Shown here in pieces: positions 37,110-48,376 of a stretch of DNA of 64,000 nucleotides. Position 1 is the stretch's first letter; each line of letters starts with the position of its first letter. The position numbers were made by a program, and so were the translations under genes. Source of the DNA: Eledone cirrhosa (lineage: Eukaryota); assembly GCA_964016885.1 (NCBI GenBank), contig OZ024740.1:6386001-6450000 (forward strand), in the 5' to 3' direction. The notes beneath the pieces were generated by a model. It worked only from the letters and a program-made list of their open reading frames with translations. It searched no databases and was not told the DNA's origin.

Positions 37110-38580
37110 TTCTACCTAAATAGAAACATTTGGTGCAGTCTGCAACTAACAGGCTCTGCTGCACTTCAGGCCCAGGATGGTAAACTGTCCAAATATTGGT
37201 CGCTCTCAGACAGGTTTGCAGTCGAACCCGTAACAGTGGAGACTTCTGGTGTCCTTGGCCCTAGGACCACCTCCCTAGTCACCACCATCAGCACCTTGTA
37301 ACAGTGGAGACTTCTGGTGTCCTTGGCCCTAGGACCACCTCCCTACTCACCACCATCGGTACCTTGTAGCAGTGGAGACTTCAGCTGTCCTTGGCCCTAG
37401 GACCACCTCCCTAATCACCACCATCAGAATCTTTTAACAGTGGAGACTTCTGGTGTCCTTGGCCCTAGGACCACCTCCCTAGTCACCACCATCAGCACCT
37501 TGTAACAGTGGAGACTTCTGGTGTCCTTGGCCCTAGGACCACCTCCCTACTCACCACCATCGGTACCTTGTAGCAGTGGAGACTTCAGCTGTCCTTGGCC
37601 CTAGGACCACCTCCTTACTCACCACCATCAGCACCTTTTAACAGTGGAGACTTCTGGTGTCCTTGGCCCTAGGACCACGTCCCTACTCACCACCATCAGC
37701 ATGGAGTTGGCTACCCACAGTTGAGCCTCACGAGCTGGAAGGGCTTTTCCAGTGCGTCTCTTTCACCATTCTCCAGGGAAATCATCATCATCACCGTTTT
37801 ACGTCCGTTCTTCCATGCTAGCATGGGTTAGACAGGCTGTCCTGTTGTGGGCAATGCCAGGTAAGGTGACCATGTCTTGCTCATACAGAACTGATTTTGG
37901 CTTGATTTCTACAGCTGGATGCCCTTCCTAACACCAACCTCATTTACAGTGAGTACTGGGTGCTTTTTACCATGGCGCCTACATGATGACTTCAGTGTGG
38001 ACTGGGTGCTTTTTTGTCATGACACCTACACGACCCTTTACAGGGGGGTGGGTCATACTGTCTATAAGCTTCAGTTTCAGCTTGTACCCATGGGAAGTCG
38101 GGTCTTCTGTATTACTGTGTAATGCCAGAGGTCTCGGTCCTGTGTCATCACATCTGAGAGGTAGAATTGGGCAAGGTCTGCTTTTATCACCTCACCCCAG
38201 ATCTTCTTGGGTCTCCTCACTCCAAGGCTTCCTTCTACATTTAGTCCTCTGCACTTTTTTATGCAGCTGTCATCCTTCATACGCATCACATGTCCATACC
38301 AATGTAACCTCCTCTCCTGCACACAGCATTTGATTCCTCTTATGCTTAGTCTCTCTCTCAATTCGTTTATGCCTTGCCTTTTGCATATATTACTATTTAC
38401 ACATCCATTGGAGCATGCAGGGTTCATTTCTTTCTAATCTACGCAAGTCGCAACTCTTCTGCCCCACAACACCCATGCAACATTGCTGTTCGTATGCACA
38501 CATTATTTAGTCTGCCTTTCATTTTGAGGGAACAACCTTTTGCAGCTAGCAAATGCCTTCAATATTCTTTCCGCTGGGGT
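37110..38580 (+). mobile_element. CRE-like RLE fragment with a 68-bp x7 array (37232-37700), split by a LINE-A insertion
   Basis: KYWSLSDRFAVEPVTVETSGVLGP; the frame ...ILQG|NAFNILSAG resumes at ~38551 after the insert. Confidence 0.72.
37782..38550 (-). mobile_element. LINE-A 3' fragment with 3' module, nested in the CRE-like element
   Basis: RLHWYGHVMRMKDDSCIKKC; (GAT)n tail at 37782; aaat at both junctions. Confidence 0.85.
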
Positions 38581-38936
38581 CGCAGGGCAACCAGCACATG
38601 GACCTGCATTTGCTCATAATAGTGAAAGATGTGGAGAGTGAGAGAGATGGAGGCAGTGACAGTGGAAGTTTGGTTCCACCTGGGATATATGTGTATATAT
38701 TTATTTACCACACCACATTAACTGTATATTTGAAAGTGATTGTCAATCTATTTGCGAGTCAAATATGTTTGCTCTGTGTTCAAATCCTGCAACTTGCCTT
38801 GATTAACTGGTTTTATTGGAGTTATCTCCCTTGGAAGTTATTTTTAGATTTTTCCACATCCCTTACAAGATCTTCTCTACTGGCTGTATGAACAATATCA
38901 GTAAATTGAAAATTTTCAACACACTATATTACATAA

Positions 38937-38979
<43 letters not shown>

Positions 38980-38985
<6 letters not shown>

Positions 38986-41890
38986 TTTGTTGTTTTCAAG
39001 AGACCAGATGGAGAGGTGGGTCTGCTAGATTCATTGTGGGAAAGAAACAATGCTATAAACTTTTCTGGGTGGGATGTGATAGCAGGCTGCATGGGGTAGG
39101 AGTTAAGTTAGGAATGGCAGGATAATTCAAATAAGACTAATTCTAAATAATCAACTTTGTCAATAATATCTGCTTATGAACTCCAATCTGGTCTACCAGA
39201 TGTTATAAAAGACAGGTTCTATGAGTTGCTAATGCTCACTACCTCCCAAATAACCCACAGTGACTACATAATTATTGCTGGCAACCTTAATGGTCATGTT
39301 GGACAACATTGTGATGGCTATGATGGAATCCATGGAGGCTATGCATTTGGAACCAGAAATGATGAAGGCTTCAGAATCCTGTAATTCTGTGATGCTAATA
39401 ACTTAACTGTCTGTAGTACACTCACTTGATCACCTATAGATCAGGGGAAGACACTAGCCAGGTAGATTATATCCGTACTAGAAACGTGACAGAGTGTCTG
39501 TTGTAAACACTAAATTCCTCCCCCATGAAGAATGCACCTCCCAACATAGCCTAATAGTTAATGACCTCATAGTCAGGGCCACACGTACTCGTTGGCAGAG
39601 GAATACCTCGAGGAGAAGATTATGGAAGTTGAAGAACCCCACAGCCAGTAACAAATTTAAAAGCATATTACTTGATGCTTTTGATAGTAAGGAAGAGCAA
39701 TTAGAGACGTACAATATAGAGGAACAGTGGGAAAGAATGCAGGATGGGGGTAGTAGAGAACTCTATTGGGTAGCTAGGAGAGTAGCTAGGCGACAAGTAT
39801 ACTTTGCAAAAAGGGAAGCAGAGGATAGAAAGTTTAAGCATATTCTACAACAGGAGGACCAAAGACATGAGGTGTTCAGGACTGCACGACAATGTGTCAT
39901 GGAAAATTGTGATATTGTTGGGGAGAAGTGTGTCCATAATAATGATGGTATACTTGCCCTCACTGATACTGATAAGAAGGTAGCTTGGAAGTGTCACCAC
40001 AAGAGACTACTAAATGAGGAGAATGATTGGAATAAAGAAAGTCTGCCCCTAATTGATCCAACAGAAGGACCAGCTGTGCTAGTTAATGGTAGTATAGTAA
40101 GTAAGGCAATCAAAGATATGAAGACAGGCAAGGCAGCTGGGCCTTCGGAGATAGTTGCTGAAATGTTGAAAGCATCTGGAATGGTGGGACATACTATGGT
40201 CACCCGGATAGTAAACCAAGTAATACAGAATGGGTTCATACCAAATGACAGGCATAGCAGCATCATCATTAACTGTTACAAGGGAAAAGGAGATGCTCTA
40301 AATAGAGGAAACTATAGAGGCATTAAGTTAGTTGACAATTTATCTCCATTATCTGGTCGCCTTTTAGAAAAGTCGGAGTAGATGAATGGCTTGTGAGAGC
40401 TATACAAGCCATGTATAGTGAAACAGTCAGCAAGGTTAGAATTTGCAATGAATAGAGTGAAGAATTTAGTGTAATAGTAGGTGATCACCGATGCTCCATC
40501 CTTAGCCCCCTCCTATTTAATATTGCCCTTCAGGCTATGACAGAAGAGTTTAAGACTGGTTGCCTTTGGAAACTTCTATATGCAGATGATCTAACTCTCC
40601 TATGGCTGAACTAAAGAAGAAATTCCAAACATGGAAGCATGGCCTAGAATCAAAAGACCTTAAAGTTAACTTGTCTAAGACTAAAGTTCTAGTTTGTAGA
40701 AAGGAAAATAGGGCACAGGTGCCCTCAGGGAAATGGCCATGCTCAGTGTGTAGGAAAGGAGTAGGCAGAAATTCCATTCTATGGCTCAAATGCAAACTAT
40801 GGTTACATAAAAGATGTAGTGGGATCACAGGCAAGCTATCTAAGAATGTAGATTTTCTATGTGGCCGATGCTCAGGTGCAATAAGTAGCAGGTGCCCACA
40901 GGATACTAGCTCCTTCTACTGCCCAGATGGTTCTATAGAAATAGTGGACACTTTCCGTTACCTGGGTGACAAAATCAGCAGTGGTGGAGGGAGCCCTGCA
41001 GGTACAGTATCCAGAGTTAGAATGGGATGGAAAAAGTTCAGAGAACTAATACAGAGAGGCAACCACAAAGGGTTTTTCTCTAAAACTGAAAGGCAAATTG
41101 TATGATGCTTGTATCCGAACAGCAATGTTACATGGCAGTGAGACCTGGGCATTGTGTGCAGAAGACTTGTGTAGATTAGAAAGAAAAGAAGCTTGCATGC
41201 TCCAATGGATGTGTTATAGCAATATACATGAACAGCAAAGCATATACAAATTGAGAGCGAGAGAGAGAGACCAAGCATAAGAGGTGTCAAATATGTGCAG
41301 GAGAGGATATTGCATTGGTATGGACATGTGATCCATGTGAAGGACAACAGCTGTATAAAAAAGTGCAGGGAGATCAAAATTGATGGAAGCTACAGAGTAG
41401 GTAGACCCAGAAAAACCTGGGTTGAGGTAATAAAAACTGACCTTGCTCACTTACGCCTCTCTAAGACAATGTCACTGGATTGAGATCTTTGGTGCTATGC
41501 AGATATAAGAAGACCTGCCTTCCCTTGATACAAACTTAAACCTACAGTTGGTAGGCACCTCTTAACCCAATATACACCCCACTGCCACATCCCCTACTCC
41601 ATCCTCCGATTTCTGTCCACTGTGGTTGTGTAGGTGACACAACAAAAAGCACCCAGTCCACACTGTAAAGTGGTCATGTAGGAGACACAGGAAAAAGGCT
41701 CCCAGTCCACACCGTAAATGTGGTTGGTGTTAGGAAGGGCATCCAGCTGTAGAAAACTTGCCAGAAACAGTTCTGTATGAGCGAGACATGGTCTCCCGAC
41801 CAAATCTTGCCTCACGTGGGACAAAACCGTCCAACCCATACTAACGTGGAAGGTGGACGTTGAACGAGATTGATGATCATGATGATGATA
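38980..41890 (+). mobile_element. Near full-length but heavily decayed LINE-A (APE, RT, PHD-like finger, 3' module)
   Basis: DVCCFQETRW, GKAAGPS, NYRGIKL, LYADD, WPCSVCRKGVGRNSI and GRPRKTW with many stops; (GAT)n tail. Confidence 0.88.
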
Positions 41891-42362
41891 TATATAAATA
41901 TATAAGTATTTACTTCATCATTTAATGTCCATTTTTCCATGATGGTATGGACTGATATATCATATATTTGCGTGTGTGTCTGGTTTGTATACCCCCCCCC
42001 CCCCCCACACACACACATACACATACACGCATACATACATACATATACATATACATAAATATACCATATATCTTTAGATGTACGAAATCCACATACATTT
42101 ATGTATACAGCTAACCCAAAGCTAAATTTTAATTCTATATACATACATATATGTAGTAAAGTGTATTATTGGTTATGTAATACAGTCCAATAGACTTTTA
42201 CAGCTATTGAGAGATAGAGACTTGATAGTTTTATGACCCTAACTGAGGACGATAGCAGTCGGTGTGTTTTGGCTGCTTAATCTTCATATGGGGACAAAAC
42301 TCTTGTGAGTGAACATCGTTAAATTTTCTCCCTCATATCAAGGATTTGAAGACAATTCATTT

Positions 42363-42434
42363 TCACCTGATGAGATCAATGATAATCGATCATGGCCGCA
42401 CGATCGATCCATCTCTTATTGAAACGTGTCGTGA
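42363..42434 (+). ncRNA. Minimal type I hammerhead ribozyme motif (Penelope pLTR type)
   Basis: tcac-CTGATGA(42367-42373)-long stem II containing atcgatc/gatcgat-GAAAC-GT-GTC-gtga; predicted cut after 42430. Confidence 0.7.
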
Positions 42435-42480
42435 TTAAATTGATTGGAAATTTATACCATGCCTTCGGATCTTTATTTTG

Positions 42481-42533
<53 letters not shown>

Positions 42534-42820
42534 CAGACACACACACGTGTGTATATATTTCAATACATGTGTATGAGTATATATATATATCAATTGAAGT
42601 ATTACCAACACCTGCCAAACGTGATTCAGAAAGGTGGAGGTGGGGTGAAATAATGGAAGATATTACCTATGTTACAATAGCTACATTGATTCTGACACCT
42701 CAACAGGGAATATCAACTCAACAGAATAGTAATAAAAAGGTTTCTTCTTCAAGAAGCCTAGTATTGGTTAATAATGGAACTGTATGTTGTAATGTCTAGA
42801 CATCAGTCTTATTAGACACT

Positions 42821-45277
42821 GAATTATTTGGTTTCATTCAAGAATTATTTGCTTTGACTTAAGAATTATTTGGTTTCATTCAAGAATTATTTGCTTTCAC
42901 TCAAGAATTATTTGGTTTCATTCAAGAATTATTTGCTTTCACTCAAGAATTATTTGGTTTCATTCAAGAATTATTTGCTTTCACTCAAGAATTATTTGGT
43001 TTCATTCAAGAATTATTTGCTTTTACTTGAGAATTATTTGGTTTCATTCATTCAAGAATTATTTGCTTTTACTTAAGAATTATTTGGTTTCATTCAAGAA
43101 TTATTTGCTTTTACTTAAGAATTATTTGGTTTCATTCAAGAATTATTTGCTTTCACTCAAGAATTATTTGGTTTCATTCATTCAAGAATTATTTGCTTTT
43201 ACTTAAGAATTATTTGGTTTCATTCAAGAATTATTTGCTTTCACTCAAGAATTATTTGGTTTCATTCAAGAATTATTTGCTTTCACTCAAGAATTATTTG
43301 GTTTCATTCAAGAATTATTTGCTTTCACTCAAGAATTATTTGGTTTCATTCAAGAATTATTTGCTTTTACTTAAGAATTATTTGGTTTCATTCATTCAAG
43401 AATTATTTGCTTTTACTTAAGAATTATTTGGTTTCATTCATTCAAGAATTATTTGCTTTTACTTAAGAATTATTTGGTTTCATTCAAGAATTATTTGCTT
43501 TCAGTCAAGAATTATTTGGTTTCATTCATTCAAGAATTATTTGCTTTTACTTAAGAATTATTTGGTTTCATTCAAGAATTATTTGCTTTCACTCAAGAAT
43601 TATTTGGTTTCATTCAAGAATTATTTGCTTTCACTCAAGAATTATTTGGTTTCATTCAAGAATTATTTGCTTTCACTCAAGAATTATTTGGTTTCATTCA
43701 AGAATTATTTGCTTTTACTTAAGAATTATTTGGTTTCATTCATTCAAGAATTATTTGCTTTTACTTAAGAATTATTTGGTTTCATTCATTCAAGAATTAT
43801 TTGCTTTTACTTAAGAATTATTTGGTTTCATTCAAGAATTATTTGCTTTCACTCAAGAATTATTTGGTTTCATTCAAGAATTATTTGCTTTCACTCAAGA
43901 ATTATTTGGTTTCATTCAAGAATTATTTGCTTTAACTTAAGAATTATTTGGTTTCATTCAAGAATTATTTGCTTTAACTTAAGAATTATTTGGTTTCATT
44001 CAAGAATTATTTGCTTTCACTCAAGTAAAAGCAAATAATTCTTGAATGAATGAAACCAAATAATTCTTGAGTAAAAGCAAATAATTCTTGAATGAAACCA
44101 AATAATTCTTAAGTTAAAGCAAATAATTCTTGAATGAAACCAAATAATTCTTAAGTTAAAGCAAATAATTCTTGAATGAAACCAAATAATTCTTAAGTAA
44201 AAGCAAATAATTCTTGAATGAATGAAACCAAATAATTCTTAAGAATTATTTGGTTTCATTCAAGAATTATTTGCTTTTACTTAAGAATTATTTGGTTTCA
44301 TTCATTCAAGAATTATTTGCTTTAACTTAAGAATTATTTGGTTTCATTCAAGAATTATTTGCTTTAACTTAAGAATTATTTGGTTTCATTCAAGAATTAT
44401 TTGCTTTAACTTAAGAATTATTTGGTTTCATTCAAGAATTATTTGCTTTCACTCAAGAATTATTTGGTTTCATTCATTCAAGTATTATTTGCTTTTACTT
44501 AAGAATTATTTGGTTTCATTCAAGAATTATTTGCTTTCACTCAAGAATTATTTGGTTTCATTCAAGAATTATTTGCTCTCACTCAAGAATTATTTGGTTT
44601 CATTCAAGAATTATTTGCTTTCACTCAAGAATTATTTGGTTTCATTCAAGAATTATTTGCTTTAACTTAAGAATTATTTGGTTTCATTCAAGAATTATTT
44701 GCTTTCACTCAAGAATTATTTGGTTTCATTCATTCAAGAATTATTTGCTTTTACTTAAGAATTATTTGGTTTCATTCAAGAATTATTTGCTTTTACTTAA
44801 GAATTATTTGGTTTCATTCATTCAAGAATTATTTGCTTTAACTTAAGAATTATTTGGTTTCATTCAAGAATTATTTGCTTTAACTTAAGAATTATTTGGT
44901 TTCATTCAAGAATTATTTGCTTTAACTTAAGAATTATTTGGTTTCATTCAAGAATTATTTGCTTTCACTCAAGAATTATTTGGTTTCATTCATTCAAGAA
45001 TTATTTGCTTTTACTTAAGAATTATTTGGTTTCATTCATTCAAGAATTATTTGCTTTAACTTAAGAATTATTTGGTTTCATTCAAGAATTATTTGCTTTA
45101 ACTTAAGAATTATTTGGTTTCATTCAAGAATTATTTGCTTTCACTCAAGAATTATTTGGTTTCATTCAAGAATTATTTGCTCTCACTCAAGAATTATTTG
45201 GTTTCATTCAAGAATTATTTGCTTTTACTCAAGAATTATTTGGTTTCATTCAAGAATTATTTGCTTTTACTTAAGAA
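42821..45277. repeat. 21-bp/42-bp dimeric minisatellite with an internal inverted block
   Basis: Alternating aagaattatttggtttcattc and aagaattatttgctttcactc; 44023-44240 is the reverse complement. Confidence 0.95.
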
Positions 45278-45679
45278 TGATGATGGTGGGGTTGGTGGTG
45301 GTGGTGGTGGTGATAGTAGTTGTGGTAGAGTTGTTAGTTGGTGGTGTTGGTGGTAGTGGTGATGGTGGTGGTAGTGTTGTTGATGTTGCTGGTGGTGGTA
45401 TATAATTAGATTTGTTGAATGGTAATGAGGGTTAGGGAAGAGAATGTCTTTATATCTTCCTTTCTTACCCACTAGCAATCCTTCATTTCTTCTCTCTCTC
45501 TCTATCTCTCCCTCTCTCTCTATCTACCTATCTACTCACTCTCCCCCTCTCTCTCCTCTCTCTCCCCCTCTATCTCATTCCCCCTTCTCACTCACTGTTT
45601 GTCGCTCTGTCTATCCCAGATTCTTTGTCTCTCCAGTTTGTCTGTCTACCTACTTAGAAATATATTTATCTACCTATCT

Positions 45680-46946
45680 ATGTCCGCTTTTCCATGCTAG
45701 CATGGGTTGGACAGACCCTTCTCAGCACAGCATCGCTACACTTGCCATGCTCCGTTGTCATCTCCTCTGCCAGCCTTAGCTATTTGAGGTCAGCTCTCAC
45801 AACCTCTGCCCAGCTCTTTCTTGGTCGTCCTCTATTGTGGCTTCCTTTGGGATTTCCTGGAATTTCTTCACCCATCAGTCATTGTCCATGTACATCACAT
45901 GTCTCCATACCAATGCAGTCTTCTCTCCTGACACCATCCCGGCTTCCGCTTAAACCCAGCTTCTGCTTCAACTCAATCAAGCTCTGCCTTTCTTTCACAT
46001 TTACATTGTACATCTAATGAAACATGGTTGCTTCATTTCTCTGTAACCTATGCATGTTCTCTACAGTCACAGCCCATGTTTCACTACCATGTAGCACCAC
46101 ATGTTCTCTACAGTCACAGTCCATGTTTCACTACCATGTAACACCACATGTTCTCTACAGTCACAGTCCATGTTTCATTACCATGTAGCACCGCATGTTC
46201 TCTACAGTCACAGTCTATGTTTCACTACCATGTAGCACAGCATGTTCTCTACAGTCACAGTCCATGTTTCACTACCATGTAGCACAGCATGTTCTCTGCA
46301 GTCACAGTCCATGTTCACTACAATGTAGCACCACATGTTCTCTACATCCATAGTCCATGTTTCACTACCATGTGGCACCACATGTTCTCTACAGCCACAT
46401 CCCATGTTTCGTTAGCATGTAGCACCACATGTTCTCTACAGTCACAGTCCATGTTTCACTACCATATAGCACCACATGTTCTCTACAGTCACAGTCCATG
46501 TTTCACTACCATGTAGCACCACATGTTCTCCACAGTCACATCCCATGTTTCACTACCATGTAGCACCACATGTTCTCTACAGTCACAGTCCATGTTTCGC
46601 TACCATATAGCACCACATGTTCTCCACAGTCACATCCCATGTTTCACTACCATATAGCACCACATGTTCTCTACAGTCACAGTCCATGTTTCACTACCAC
46701 GTAGCACCACATGTCCTCTACAGTCACATTCCATGTTTCACCACCATGTAGCATCATCATACAGCCTTCCTTTTGTATGTAGGGAGAAACCTTTTGTTGT
46801 CAGTAGTGGGAGTAATTCTCTAAACTTCTTCCATCCTATCCTTATTCTAGCTATTATACTCTCTGTGTACGCTCCTCCACTGCTAATTAGGTCACCTAGA
46901 TAGAAGATATCAATCATGTCTATGGATTCTTCCTCTGATTGGAAAA

Positions 46947-46950
<4 letters not shown>
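45680..46950 (-). mobile_element. LINE-A 3' fragment with an internal 47-bp array (~15 copies, 46052-46752)
   Basis: LINE sequence continues on both sides of the array (GWKKFRELLPLL upstream, RPRKSWAEVV downstream). Confidence 0.88.
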
Positions 46951-46987
<37 letters not shown>

Positions 46988-47039
46988 TCATCATCATCAT
47001 CATCGTTTAACGTCCATCTTCCACGCTTGCATGGGTTTG

Positions 47040-47108
<69 letters not shown>

Positions 47109-47321
47109 CCTATATACAAGCACACACATATACATATGTTTATAATGAAGAATGGTTTACCGAAGTAGAACAGAAGAGAACAACAGTTAAATAAAGCTCT
47201 CAATACAATAGAAGGGAGAGTACATATTTATGTGATAGAAATGACTTCTACAGGAGCAGAACTATTGAAATCTTCAGTATTGACATAAATGAAACAGTTC
47301 TAGTTCAGTAGAAATCATTTC

Positions 47322-47397
<76 letters not shown>

Positions 47398-47535
47398 AAG
47401 GTTATACAAGGTTCAATGAATAAATCAAGGAATGAGTTTTACAATAGATTGGAAGCACTCAACAGATATGGTTTTCCAGAGTTATTAATATTAGTTCAAA
47501 ATATTAACAAAATAGACATTCGTGTGATAATGTAA

Positions 47536-47600
47536 ATTTTATTATACATATTTCAGAGGTACTGAGTTAACTTCAACAGTACGTCCTCATCAGATAAAAT
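47536..47600 (-). ncRNA. Type I hammerhead motif, minus-strand copy in the left arm of an inverted repeat
   Basis: Exact reverse complement of 47706-47770. Confidence 0.75.
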
Positions 47601-47705
47601 AAGATGATGCATGACATACCCTGACATAGTAGATGGTTAAGATTCTGTACTACCATGACTGAATCTTAACCATCTACTATGTCAGGGTATGTCATGCATC
47701 ATCTT

Positions 47706-47770
47706 ATTTTATCTGATGAGGACGTACTGTTGAAGTTAACTCAGTACCTCTGAAATATGTATAATAAAAT
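47706..47770 (+). ncRNA. Type I hammerhead ribozyme motif, plus-strand copy
   Basis: Stem I attttat/ataaaat, CTGATGA at 47713-47719, stem II GGA.GTACTG/CAGTAC.TCT, GAAA at 47752-47755, short quasi-palindromic stem III, AUA triplet at 47761-47763. Confidence 0.75.
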
Positions 47771-47815
47771 TTACTTGATCACACGAATGTCTATTTTGTT
47801 AATATTTAGAACTAA

Positions 47816-47874
<59 letters not shown>

Positions 47875-48159
47875 GTGAGTTTTTTTTTTTACAAAATGAA
47901 AACTAACCGAGGTGTCCTACACGAGTGGAAGTATAAAGAAAAAGGGATGAAAAAACAACCTGTGACACCCCCCCCCCCCTCTCTTATTTGAAGAACTATT
48001 GTAACGCGAACTGGCGCGAAATTTATTATAATTATTGACAAACCAATCAAATTACTTCTCGAAAAACCTGGCTTTCGAGCCACTTTTTCCATATAAAACA
48101 AGTAACATTTAGAGACCAACCAGATGTGAGAAAAACCACAGACCCTCCATCTCAACTCA

Positions 48160-48197
48160 CCTTTTGAAAAGCAGAAGAACTGCGAAACCGGTAAAGG
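48160..48197 (+). ncRNA. 38-nt minimal hammerhead with compensatory U3-A8 core
   Basis: cctt-TTGAAAA-gcag-aagaa-ctgc-GAAA-ccgg-TA-aagg; all stems pair perfectly. Confidence 0.65.
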
Positions 48198-48376
48198 AAC
48201 CAAATAAATATATATATTTTTAAAAAAAATAAGACTTCAGTTGCATTTTCGATTTCATCCCTTTTTCTTTATATATATATATATATACATGGAAAGTTAT
48301 ATTTAAATTGTTCGGTTCCAACTAGTAAATATTTATAACTAATATAAAAGCACTCAACAAGTATTTGGAGTATATT

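Noticed and set aside
47236-47323. Imperfect hairpin with CTGAAGA on the minus strand as another hammerhead
   Set aside because: The hairpin is real, but I could not place a GAAA and stems II/III consistently.
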